From Octopus bimaculoides (Eukaryota), in the NCBI RefSeq assembly GCF_001194135.2, contig NC_068982.1, positions 128,774,906 through 128,838,905 on the forward strand: 64,000 bases of DNA, read 5' to 3'. The position numbers and the translations under genes are program-made. Numbering within the stretch: the stretch's first letter is position 1; each line of letters opens with the position of its first letter. Shown in pieces: positions 26,901 through 41,300 of this stretch. Below the pieces are notes generated by a model that saw nothing but the letters and a program-made list of their open reading frames with translations, ran no database searches and had not been told where the DNA came from.

Positions 26901-29900
26901 TACGGTGACTTGATTTAAGAGTCTTCTTATTCTTCATCCATTGAACCTTTTTGTTAGGTTTGTTTAACTCACAAGTAAACTCAGCTGACTCAGTTTCTTT
27001 GATTGTCTTATCCTCCATGTCAGTGGTGAATACAAGTTCTTCTTCTGCACAAAAAAATTTGAATACAAAAAGAAATATTAGAAATGTATTTATTGTATAT
27101 ATTTCAAAGAACTCATAAACTTAATTGTATATACACTATAATCTTTCTCATTACAGTTTATATATATTTTCAGAAAATGAAATTACTATTCTTGTGCAAA
27201 TACAGAGAATGAAATAAAATATTCAAATATATTTTGAAATTTGCTATAATAAAAATTATAGTTAAATAAATGAATAGCATTATTAATGTCATAGTAGACT
27301 CTATTTTAGGAATTCAACAAATTAATGATTTTATTTATAACTAGACACTTAACTGATGACTATTATAAGGTTTATTACATGAAATTCTAAATTCAAAGAT
27401 TTAATATTATTATGTTTTCAATGAAAGAGTACTTCTTTCTAATTAAAAAAATGTACAAATAAAACAAAATCACACATTTTGATAAACTACTGCAAATAGA
27501 TATAAAAATATTATTTATACATTATACATTATGATAGGAGACCATGCATCAACATTTATAGTAAAACTCAAGTGGTGACAGGGGAATGTGCCATTGGATT
27601 CACATGGCACCTTTCATTAAAGTAAAACACACTAATTGGTAAGACAGGAATGGAAAATATTGGAAATTGTGAATTGTTTTGTAAGTAAACTTATAGGATT
27701 TGAGAGATAAGTTTGAATATTTGTGACAATTTTGTGCAAAGGGTAGAGATATACGTGAAATTTGGAAAGAAAATATATTTAGCTTGAGAATTTTCTGCTG
27801 AAAATTAGTACTGCAGAAGCATGCATTCATGATATATAAAATGATACAGATGGGAAAATGAAATTTAGAAATTTAGTTAGGAAAATTAGCATGCTTCACA
27901 ATATCAGCTATCAGTGCAAGGCATACATCATATTTAAGGTATTTATCATCACCCTTGGAAAACATTTAATATTACCCTTAACAGTAACAACTCCTTGTGT
28001 TGATAATTTGCCAGCCTTGCAACTATATAATCCATCATCAGAAAGTTCAACATTGTAAATAACGAGTTCAAAAGCAGTTTTCTCTTTATTCGTGCACTTA
28101 ATTTCATGTCTCTTATCATTCATGATTTCTTTATTTTTAAAATACCATGTCACTTTGGGTTGAGGCTTAGATATTGTAACATCAAGAGTAAACAATTCTT
28201 GTTTCTCATAGACAACCACATTATTCAATTCTTTAATGAATACCAAAGGTGTGTCTGGAATAAATTGATGTTAGTATAATTGAAAAAGAGGTACAGATCC
28301 TCAGATATGTGCATTTGATAAAAGCTTTATGCATTAGTTAAATAAATCAAATAATAAAATACAATCAATTTTGCTGATTGAAAAATGCCCTAAAATAATT
28401 TCTTACTATTTAGCAGCAATTAAGAAAAGCAGTTGAATATTATAAAAATATTTGGGGAAAAGTTATATTGATCAATGTAACAAATATTTCTCTCCATATT
28501 TAATTGCCTTTAGATGTAATTATAGGTTCTATTCTATTAAATCTCCTAAGCTCATGAAAGGCTTTAATAATAGGTATAACAAATTTTTAGCCCACAATGT
28601 TGATTTCATACACATGGCTGGAAGGAGGAAGAGTGTGAAGAGAGCCAACACATGTACTGCACAGGTACTTCATTTACCACTTCCAAAAGGACAGAAGATG
28701 ATATTGACTTTAGTAAGATTTGAAACCAAAGCATAGAAAGCCAAAATGAATATCTCAAGGTATTCTATCTGGTGTGCCAACAATTCAGCCTTATACACAC
28801 ACTTTTAGATAAAAATGTAAATGTACATTTATTTTCATACTTATAATCCTGTTTATAAAATATAAATAACCTATAGGGAAATATTTGTTTTAATATTAAA
28901 ACACAAAAGAAGAGGGGATTAAGTATTCATTAATTCAATGTTTTTAAAATTAATAGAATAATGCTTTATAATTCATGAAATTATTCAAACTAGGGATAGA
29001 CTATGAGTGAGATGGTTGGATAATATCCATAGTCACAATTGGTCACACCTGGGAATCCACCAGGAAAGTTTGATTATAGGCGCTTCTGATAGGGCCCTAT
29101 GGAGGAGGTGCCTGGGAACTGCAGCCCTCTGATCTTTCCAGGAATAGAACGCATAGAAAATGGATAGATGGATGGACTCTTGTAATGTTTTTAAGCAAAA
29201 TATTACACACTCTTTAGGTTTGGTTAGATACTTATTCTAATTATCCTTAAGGTATAACAACAATGATATTTTATATAATAAATTTAATATTTGTACATTA
29301 TTGTGTTATTTTTTTTCATTCTATAGAAGATAAAACCAAGAAAAGCCTAATCTAGATTTTGATAGTATATTATCTAAAATTCAGGTCCAAATAAAGAAAT
29401 CAAGTATCATTATTTTTCTCCTCAATTAGCTATTCTTGAAACAATTTTTTCTATTATGAAATTTAGATTTAAGTAATGGTTATATGTTCTTTTCTTATTT
29501 AGTGATGACAGTATTTAAGATTTTTAAATTAATGTTCAGTTACTTTCAATGGTCGCAACAGGTTTGATTTAACTAACACTAAGATAAACTAACATGACTG
29601 AAAGCTTCTCTTTTAATCCTTGAACTTTGCATTTTAATTATGAATTTTAATTTTTTAATATTTAACTGCTTTTCTTAAATATTAGTATTAGCATTAACTT
29701 TCAATACATAAATGCACAAACTTAATGAATGATTTTCAATAAGTTCAACAATGTATGTATTAAAACTATAACAATTTACAAATACAAAAGAAAAAAAACA
29801 TTCAAAATTCTTGAAAGATAAAAAAAAAGCTCTAAAAACATTGAAATGAAACAGGCATTGACATATTAAAATCATTTAATTTTCTGAATATTACTTTTAT

Positions 29901-32126
29901 TGCTATTGTGTTGATAAAAGCACAAAGAAAAGAAAATAGTTCTTTGAAATATCTTAATACTTTAAAGAGAACAAAGGGAACATTGATTTATCTCTGTCAT
30001 ATAAACTATTGATATTAAAATCATAAATGATATATACTGCAAAATAACTGAACAGAAAGAAATGATTTCAGAAAAAGCTAAGGCAGATTTATGAGTGGTT
30101 TTCTTAAGCTTAAATTTATCATCAGGTATGAGGAAAACAGAAATACCTCAGCTTTATCAAAATATATATATATATGTGGATACAGAATGTACAGAACTTA
30201 AGACACATTTAGTGAATGCTTAATTAGTGAGAAAACCTTGTGTTACACAATCAGAAGTTGTGCTAACTCTGTTCAGTTGAAAAATATATCTTGATGCAGC
30301 ATTTAAATATATTAAATGTATTAATTGGAAATCATAATGAAATACTATTGTGAAAACAAATTCTAATCGATGATTTATAATAATGAGACAAAGCCCTCAC
30401 TAATATTCCAGAGAAATACAATAATATAAGGTCACTTAATACGACACTTTTTCTAAAGAAAACTTTCTCTGTTAAAATGCTATATGAAGGATGCCTGGTT
30501 GATGAAAACTTTAATGTCTACTCCTGTATCTATTGAATACTCTTTGCTTTGATCAATACGCAAAATAAATGTATGTGGGAAAAGTCACATCAAATGTTAA
30601 GACCTAAATGATTGTAATATGTCAAACACAATACATATGTAAAATGCAAAAGCATAATTCAAGCTAAAATATATTAGAGCAATATAATTTTTCCATCTTT
30701 AAAGTATCAACAAATGCCATATTTATAAATTTCATTTTGATGTTTGCAAAACTATTTTAATACCTAGTTTTCATAAAGAAAAGTAAATCTTGATAGCTAA
30801 ATATGTTTTGCGAAGAATTGAATGAGCTAAATAAATGTTTATTTAAAAATTGTTTTACTATACTTTCTTTATTTATTCGGATATAAAAATAGAAATATAA
30901 GTTATTTACATCATCATTAACTTTAATATTTTACTTCTCATATCCATATAATGATATTTTTGTAGAACATGTAAGAGCTATAGTGAAAACTAAAACAGTA
31001 GTGATTTTAACAAATACATAAGCCAAATCAATTCAGTAAATTTTAATTTACTATAAATCACAATTAATTGTGAAGTAAAAGCAAGAAAATCATAAAATGT
31101 CATTTAACGTCCGTTGTCAATGCTGGCATGAGTTGGACAATTTGACTGGGCTGGCACGATGGAAGGCTGTGCCAGGATCCAGTCTGATTTGGCCTGGTTT
31201 TATATGGTTGGACACCCTTCCTACTGCCAACTACTCTGAGAGTGTAATGGGTGTTTTTACATGCCACCAGCACCGGTGCCAGATGCATGACACCAGTATC
31301 TGCCATGGCTGGGATTTTGCTTGGCTTGATGAGTCTTCTTCTCAAGCATGACATAAAGCCAAAGGTCTTGGTCATTGCCTCCATGAGGCCCAACACTTGA
31401 AAGGACCTTGGCCACTTTGCCTCCATGAGACCCAATGCTCAAAAGGAACTCAGCCACCTCACCTCCATGAGGACCACTCAAAAGGAACTCAATTACCTTG
31501 CTTCCCAACACTCAAAAGGAACTCAGCCACTTTGCCTCCATGAGGCCCAAAGCTTGAAAGGAACTCAGGCACCTCATTTCTGTGAGGCCCATTAATTTAA
31601 GAAATACCTTTGTAGTAGATAATTATTAAATAATGTGGATAAACATTTTCATCACTGTCATAGTATTACTAAATTAAAATAAAAATTTAATAACATACAT
31701 TGTAACTAACTTTAAGGACAATGTAATTGCTTGATATTGAATGTATTGAATATGAAATTATATCGTTGCTATTATGCAAAAGTATCATAAGTCCAAAACG
31801 TTGCTTTTTCAGAAAATGAAAAAATAGTTTTACCATTCCATTTCTTTTTATATTAGCAACTGTTTCAGCTTACAATAATACTTCATTGGGTGCATAAAAG
31901 TGTAATTCCATGCATGTCTGATATTTTCAGTCAGAAATATTTTTGCAAAACTGTCATATGTGGGATTTACTACATGTTTAAAAAATACTAAACTGTTGCA
32001 CTACACTTTGACAATTTTCGTATCTTGGCATCTGAAGCAGCTGGAGATACGATAGTTTGACCAAAAGAACTTGCTATTGCAAGAAAAATTAAATATTGAA
32101 CATACAAGTTTAACATAATAGCAACG

Positions 32127-32169
<43 letters not shown>

Positions 32170-35100
32170 AATTTTTAACAGTATATTTAATATCATTACT
32201 ATGAAATATACAATATAGACATATACATTTTCAGTAGTGTATTTTATATCATTACTATAAATTAATTGTGAAAAATATAAAAATATTCATAATCTCTCAC
32301 TGAAGAGAAACTAAACCTGAAATGACCATAAGTCAGTCCAAAGTTTTGTGCTTTAAGTTTCACTTGAAAGTCTGTAATGACTATGATGTCTAATAATATT
32401 AAAAAAAGTATAGTTGACCAGAAGAGTTTGATCATAATATTACTATAACTTTAAAAAATATATAAATATACACTCAGATTGTATATTGTTATAAGCAAAT
32501 AATACCTGTCAATAGTGTATTATATATAGTGATACTTTTACTTTCATAACAAGAATATGTTATGATTAGCTTTAACTTTCTGAATGTTACCACCGCAAAA
32601 CAGTGATGGCAGAAAAACTTGCTTTTTATTTTTTTAATTTGACATTTTACTTTTAGACATTGCACAATAATTATTCTTTAGAATTATTATCATAAAGTTA
32701 TATGAAAATATTTTTAATTAACAAATCTAAAATTAAAGAGTCAGTTATATTGAAATGGTCACAGATAATTGCTCTGTTTTCCTGCACCCACACTATTCTC
32801 ACATATTATATGAAGCAAGTAAAACTAATTCATACTTATTAATTATTTACATTATGGTTTTATATTGATTAAAAGAAAAACAATATATTTCATTCATCTT
32901 TAAGAAATACTTGAGTTAATGTATCAAAATATATAATATATATACAATATAAAGATACAGATAAGGAAATAATTTATTCTCAAATGCAGAACATTGCTAA
33001 CAGAATAGCAGGAACAGGATAAAATATCCATGTTTTGCTATCTGTGTCTTTCAATACATCTCAATACTTCCAAAGCAAACTTTGTTTACTTTCATCGTAG
33101 TTTGAATATATAATATAGTTTTTGTCAATAATGTTAACATCAACAGTGTTTCAATCAAATATGATAAAAATTATGGAATAAGACAGATTTCTTCCAATTA
33201 TTTCTTTATATTCCTTTGCAGTAAAGGAAATTTGAACTATTATATGTAAATTTAAATGCAAAGAAGAAAATGAAAAATATGGTTACTTCTCTCTATTATT
33301 GTAAAGTAAACTGGCTAAGTGAAAACAAAAACCAACAGAACTTTTGGTTTATAAAGGAAAAAATGCATTAAATTTAAGTGAAGCAAATTATTATATAGCA
33401 AATTTAGTACAATAGCAAAGTGCAAATTCCTTCTTCCTAATTAGCATATATGCAAAAAAAAAATATCTAAAAAAATAAATTAAGTATCTAAGCAAGTATT
33501 TTATGACAATCATAAAAGCACCTTCGTTTTATGGTAATAAAAATATAAACACATAAATTAGTACATACTAATTTGAACAACAGAAAATAGTAACTTGATA
33601 TTTTTGAAAAGATATAAAGTGGTATAGAAAAATAGAAACATGCAATTAGATATATTTTGTTCCTCACCTTCGACTTTCAATTTAGCAGATGTCTTATCAT
33701 TATCAACACATGCCAATACTGTACCAGCATCACTGAACTTTGCTTCTTTTATGATCAATTTATGAATTGTTCCCTTTGCAACTATTTCATAACGATCATC
33801 ATCGCTGCTGATTTCCTTTCCACCTATAAACCATTTGACAGGAGCTCCAGGTCTAGATACTTCACATGAAAACTCTGTTCTGCCAAGTTCTTTAACACTT
33901 TTATCTCGAATCTTCTGAACAAACTTAGCAGGTAATGCTGGGAAGATTTAAAATTATTGTTAATAAACTGCTGAATTATCAGAACATTGAAAAGAGGGTA
34001 CATATAGAAAATGAATTGGATTCAATATTTTGGGCATGAAAATATTTTAAGTTGATTTGAAATTTTTTTTTTTTTTCATAATTTTTATAGTAAAAATTTA
34101 CTATAAAAATTTTTCAACAATCTGACTGAAACAATGTTTCTAATGATACCAATATACTGAATCCATTTCATTTTTTGCCACAGGAAGGAATAAAAAAATA
34201 TGAAATAATAATATAAATGATATTTACAATAAGTATATTCATTTCTAAACATAAATATATAATCATGAATATAAATTACATAGAAATGAAACACTTATTA
34301 ATATTTCCTTCCAGTGGACTTTGAATATGAAAATGTAATGATAACCCTCGGTTCCCTGACAGTCTTTCCAGCTGACACCTGATTGGTCCTGAGGTTCAAT
34401 AACCTTAAACTTCGATGTTTATGGCTTTTAGATATCGATATTAGTAAAATAATTAGTAAATAATAAACTAATGATGTTAAAAGTGGTTATGCAACATTCA
34501 TTCTTGCATATCAGTAAACCATTGCAAGTAATGGTTTAATTGACAGCACGGATGAATGTTGCATTTGATGAAAGTAGGTTAGTATTGTAAAGGAGATCAC
34601 ATAAAATCTATATTACTCACCTGTATCAACAACTTTATTACACAATATAAAATAAATTGTTTTTCAGCCTACCTCATTGTGTTGTGTAAATGAAGCAGAT
34701 TCATAAAGCTATTTCTAATATATTTCTGTCTTAAAGTGAACTGTATTAAAACAAATACTTGATAAACTAAAAAAAATTTTTTCACAATACATTTTATTTG
34801 CATTGAAAAATTTGATTGTAACCAAATCAAAATCTAAATGACTTCTATAAAATTGTAATTTGTCATTCTAGCTCAAACTTGCAGTCTGAAAATAAGTTTT
34901 ATATGACATTCTATAGAGATGTTTATTGAAAGAAACCTGAAATTATATTTCTTACCTGTAACTGTTAACTTAGCTCGGCATTCTTTTTCAAGCAATTTTG
35001 CAGTTACTTCACACTCATCAGTTGGAACGACGTTCTTAATGGTAAGGGTATGAGTGAAACGATTCCACTCAATTTTATACCTAGTGTTCTTAGATACAGG

Positions 35101-35339
35101 TTTACCATCTAAGAACCATTCAATTTCAGCTTCATCGTCATTTGTTTTGCATTGGAAAACAGCTTCACCTTTTTCAGGAACAGTTAAATCTTTAATGACA
35201 TCAACAAAATCAGGAGGAACAGCTGCAAAAGAAGAATTAAGGCATAAATTAAAACTGTTTTAAAAGAATTTTATTCAGATTATTTCAATGCATAAATTGT
35301 TATCAAACATACAGTATCTCTCTAGAATGAATGTATATA

Positions 35340-35387
<48 letters not shown>

Positions 35388-38229
35388 TGTGTGTGTGAGT
35401 GTGTGTGTATATAATATATATGTGGAGGGGCAATATGGCCCAGTGGTTAGGGCAGCAGACTAATGGTCATAGGACTGTGGTTTCAATTCCCAGGCCGGTT
35501 ATTGTGAGTGTTTATTGAGTGAGAATACCTAAATCTCTCACTCTTTCTTCCTGTTTCTGCTGTACCTATATTTCAAAGGGCCAGACTTGTCACACTCTAT
35601 TTCACGCTGAATCTCCCCAAGAACTACATTAAGGGTACACATGTCTGTGGAGTGCTCAGCCACTTACATGTTAATTTCACAAGCAGGCCGTTCTGTTGAT
35701 CTGTTCAACTGGAACTCCCGTCATCGTAACCAATGGAGTGGCACATATATATATACTCACACACACAAACATTTTTGTTTATCAAATCTATGAATAAGCA
35801 AATACATATAATGAGCACTTATCTTTTGTTTGTGTACCCATACATGAACACAAACACAGACATACAAATACACACACAGATTCCCAAACTCACATCATAC
35901 AAATGTGTGTGTGTGTGTATGTGTGTTCAAAGTCATATTACAGTTTAGTTCAAACTATATTACAGTGAATGACCCAATTCTTTGGATAAGACATATTTCT
36001 ACAGCAGAGTAGCTGGCTATAAAAAATGAATACAATCGAAAAATATATATTTCAAAATCTCATGTATCTACACCTGCTTTAAAATATGATTATATATTAA
36101 GTCAACTTGAATTGAGAAAGATAAGTAATTTAAATATCTCTACTTACGTTCTACGGACAATTTGGCTTCAGTCTTAATACTGCCATAGGCGCAAGACACA
36201 GCACCTTCATCTTTTGGACGGCATTTGGAAATAACCATAGTATGAACTTTTCCATTAGCTTTGAAGTTATATTTAGGACTAGCCTCAATTTCTTCATCAT
36301 GTATTTTCCAAGACACAATTACATCAGCAACAAATAGTTCGCATTCGAATGTTGCGCATTCTCGTTCTTTTACTTCCACATTTTCTAATGGTCTCACCCA
36401 TTTCCACTGAATTTGAAATAAATATGTAAATGCAATCACAATGTTTGATAAGAATATCAATTTCAATCATCACACCAATAAATTATAATAATACATAATA
36501 AAAGATTGAACAATTTTTACACTTATGTTACTCATCTATCTAACATTATTTTCTTCCAAATAGAATTAATTTATAATCAAACATTTTTTTCTACACCTTC
36601 AAACCTTTATAGCATTATTCATTACTTTATAAGAAACATGGTTTTCATAATTTATGGAAAATCTCCCAGAGGAAATAAGTAAAACGTGTATGAATTTGAT
36701 GAAGTTCTTGTATGTTTTAGATATTTTACATTTATGATAATGGTAAGAAAGTTTCAAATATTGCTAATATTTTTGATGTTTCCACTAAAAAATTCTCAAT
36801 TACTCTTTCTAACAAATTTATCATTTTTCTCACCGTTTTCTTGACAGTCTTGAAACCACCCTCTTCTATGGTAGCAGCATCTTTTTCTTTTGGTTTCTTT
36901 GCATATTTGTCTTCAGGTTTCTTTTTATCTTTCTCTTTTTCATCCTTTCCAGGTTTCTTATCTACTTTAGCTAACTCAATGTCTTCACGTTTTTCAATAT
37001 CATATGTTTTGTCTTTGAATTCATCCAACTAAAAACAAAAATACATAAACATAATGAAAATAAAAGCGTAAAAACATGTATTTAAAATTTAAATCTTAAA
37101 ATTAAAATGTAAAAACCTTAATCATAATATTAACATCTTGTTATTATAAACAAAAAATAACATCCAGAAACTAAATAATCATTTCAATATTAATTTCAAA
37201 GATAATATTTTAATGGGCTTAATGATATTTTATACTTTGATATCACCTTGATATTATAAAATTTAACTATGTATGTAGTATTAAATATGCTTCATTTATA
37301 TACTGATTTTTAGAGTTAGCACATCTAACAAAAAATATAAATAGACATCCTTCAATAAATAAAATACAATCTTCACTCAGTAAGATATATAAAAATTCTA
37401 CTTACTTCAGGCATATCTCTCTTCTTTAGATCATATGTTACTTCATCTGCTTCAATTTCCATAGTACGTTTGGTGGTATCAGTTTTAGTCAGCTCTTGTT
37501 CTTCCAGTTCAACCTTACGAAGGTTAATATCAAAGCCAGCATCTTCTTCAATTTCTCGTTCTTCTTGCTCCCTACATAAAACAGGTTTTAATATTATAAA
37601 TTTTTATGAAATATTTATTCTCTATGCTAGTTAGTTTCTATGATCATCAAACTTAATTCTATAAATGTTTTTCTCAGATTCAGTAATAAATTTTGAATTT
37701 TTAATGATTATGTAAATAAATAAATAAATATGTGTGTGTGTGTGTGTGTGTGTGTTAAATGAAATAAGATAACAAAGCCAAGGCCATGTGGAATTTTTAG
37801 GACATTCATAAAGAGAAAGTTAGTCTTACAGCTGTTTCTGGGATATTAGGGATATCCCTTTATCAGAGATGATATGAGAGAGTTAAATAGAGGGAAATAG
37901 TAGAGTTCAATATAAGGAATTATTTTGGTAAAAGATAGATATAGGAAGTATAAAGGGAAATAAGAGAATAAAAGTAAAAATATATGTAGGATGTTACAGT
38001 TGCAATTCCATTGTCCAAGGAAAGTGCTGTATAGAAAGTGCTGTGTAAAATTCCACACAGCCTTGATTTTGTTGTCTCATTTTATTTAGCATATACATGC
38101 TCACACAAGACCCACATTAAGCTCCTCATTCGTATTACTATCAAACCAAGAGTCTAACTACGGTCCTTCCGTAGCACTTACATAGCCTTACCTGCCATCT
38201 TGGGTCTTCTGGATACCAATACCTCTTAT

Positions 38230-38313
<84 letters not shown>

Positions 38314-41300
38314 ATAAATAGATAGATAGATAGATAAATACATGTATGTATATATGCATATAGATGCATGTATGTGTGTGGGGGCATGTGTGTAAATGTA
38401 CATGCACAGAGCAGTTCTATTTCCTATTATGAAAGAAAAACCATACAAAGAAATAAATATTTACAGCTTCAATAATTTTACCTGTGTTTTAAGCCGGCCT
38501 TCCAATCTGTTTCCTCCTCTTCCTTGTCTGTTACAATAAGAGTTGCTGGTGCAGATTCTGTTCCATGCTCATTGGTTAATGTTACAGTGTAAGTACCTGC
38601 ATCTCCAGTTTTGGTTTTTTCCATCTTCATAACCTCTTCTCCTGTTTTTTCATCATAATAGATTTTAATACGTCCACCATCTTGAAGTTTCATCCATTTT
38701 CCTTTAGACCACTCAATTGTTGGTTTAGGTTCACCAGCAATCTTGCAACGGAATTCTGTGGTACCATCTTAAATTAAGAAATTTATAGAATATAAAATAT
38801 ACATGTAATTCTAAAGTAGAAACAGTTGTAATAAATTTGAATTTATGAGAATAAATATTTGCCTTTTCTTCGTTTTAATCAATAAATTTATTTCAAATAC
38901 AAATAAGGTTTCTCTTTACTAATATGTAAACAGTTGTCTAACTTCTCTACAACAAGAAACATGTTCTTCCCTGATCCTTTCTTTCATACTTTTACCTCTT
39001 ATCTGCAAGCATATGGGTTTATTGTCTTGCAAAATGCATGATGACCTCACTAGGTTTGGTTGCATGAAAGAAGCACCCAGTGTACATTGTGAAATAGTTG
39101 GCATTAGGAAGGCATCCAGCCATAGAAACCATGCCAAAGAAGACACTGTTCTTGAGCCCATCAAATCCTGTCAAACTGTTCAACCCTTCCCAGCATGAAA
39201 CATTGATATTAAATGATGTTAATAATGATTACCTTCCAAAATTGTACATTTCTGAGGTACTTCAATGAACTCTGGTGCTCTGCCTCTAATATCAATCTTG
39301 GCTTCAGCAGAAGCATCTCCTCCTCTATTGGTTGCAACAGCTTTCAGTTTTCCTTTCAATTCAGGGCTAGCTTTATCAATGGTAAGAGTATATTCATCTT
39401 TCTTTGGAGAATCAAAATGAATAATGTCACTTTCTTTGAGTTCCATATCATTGATGTACCTAAAGATAACATAATTATACATTAGTACCATAAAAAATAA
39501 ATGAATAAATGAAGAGAATGCTTTTATTTAAAAATATATTTTCATGCAAAACTTGATAACAAATACATTTATATAAATTCTAAAATGGTTAGAAATATTT
39601 TCAAATATATTATATACTAACCAAGTAACAGTAGGCGATGGTTGTCCACTGACTTTACATTCAAATGTAACTGAACCATTTTCAGGTACCAATTTATCAA
39701 CTGGTTTCTTGACAAAGGATGGCTTCTTAACAGCTGTTAATATAAATTTATTATATAGAAATAATTGACAAAATTATACTAAAGTAATGTATACTTTTTC
39801 AAAACTAAATCACAGCCAAAAGAGCAACTATATATGCAGAAAAGAAACAGTTATACAGAATACAATGTATTGTAAAAGTAAACCATAATCTGAACATATA
39901 TTCAGATATTTATTTAATGATTCAATAATCTTTTAAACTGAATGTCTTTTAGTTACTATTGTTTTTGATAAACTATTGTTTTGGTGTTAAAGTTAAGTTT
40001 TTCCTCAAACCTAAAATAATTTGAATTTGAAAAATATGCCAACTCCACAAATTAAGCAAGATATGTTCAGATATTCTCTTCTTTATTCACATTATCTTTA
40101 TTCATTAGGCAACATGTTAAGTTTTGTATTACTTGATACAAGGAAATCTTCCAAAATATTATAAAATCAAAAAACAAAATCTTACGGATAACTTTCAAAC
40201 GGCCATTACAAGCCATTTGACCAGCAGAATTTACAGCTCGAGCAGTAAACAGTCCGGCATCATCTGTAGAAACATACTTAAATTGCAATGTATGCTTATC
40301 ATCTTCAACCAAAAACTTTATGTTGTCATCTTCAGTCAATTCTTTATTGCCTTTGAGCCTTTAATGTAAGAAAACATCATAAATATTAAAATTTTACATT
40401 AAGCCAATGAAAATAAAATTTTAATTTGACATTTAGATAATAATTATTATTTTAAATTTCTAATTACAAATAAATTGTTTATTTGTTGAATGATAATATG
40501 TACCTGTAATACATTCTAATGGCAACTAAAATGTACAAAATTCTTCAGGAAGTAGAAAGGAAAAATTATAAAGTTAATTCTAACTCGGAATACACTGCCT
40601 CTGTTTCAATTAATTTTGAAAATAAGGAAACATTTAGCAAAATATTTTTGGCGTTATTAAGCAGGTGTCTGGGATCCAAATTAACATAAAATTTTGATGC
40701 AATATTTTAACTTAGATCACTTTAAAACAGGAAGTTTGTATCATATAACAGTCAGTCTCAGGTGGATTTAGTTATCAAGGGGGTTAAAGTGTTATTTAAA
40801 TATTGATTTCTAAAATTAGAACAAGTCTACAAATTTGGAGGAGATACAAGCAACTAAAACAACCCTAGCATTTAACTGGAACTCTTGCATTTGAATATTA
40901 AAACAGAAACATGTTATGCCAATTGATATCTGTAGCATGAACAATATAATTCATCAGCAATAAGGATTTCTAACTTTGGCATTAAGTTACAAATTCTGAG
41001 TTAGTGATGAAGCCATTGTAATCAACTTCAATGGTGGGAGAGAGAAAGGCAATGTGGATTGCAAAAGAATGTGAACTTGGAATATAAAAGGATTAGAATC
41101 ACATCGTCAAGGCATATAAAACTGGTGACATACTGGTCTTGTCTCTCCACTACAAATTTTATGTTTTACTTGTTTCAGTCATTAGACGGTAGCCATGCTG
41201 GGGCACTACCTTGAATGGTTTTAGTCAACCAAATCAACTGCAGTACTTATGCTTTTTTAAAGTCTCGTACTTATTCTATTAATTTCCTTAGCTGAACTTC

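Noticed and set aside
29040-29170. GC-rich fragment in the 5.4-kb intron
   Set aside because: No usable splice sites or frame; probably a TE remnant that I cannot classify.
31355-31590. CRISPR-like appearance of the ~42-bp repeats
   Set aside because: Eukaryotic intron, contiguous degenerate units with no unique spacers, no cas genes.
34300-34430. GC-richer island with a 42-codon minus frame and CTAAT branch-like motifs
   Set aside because: Poor polypyrimidine tract; a phase-1 join stops after six codons; no recognisable domain.
35430-35495. Possible tRNA gene
   Set aside because: A and B boxes are present, but I could not build a cloverleaf and it continues into a SINE body that has a paralog at ~900-1050.
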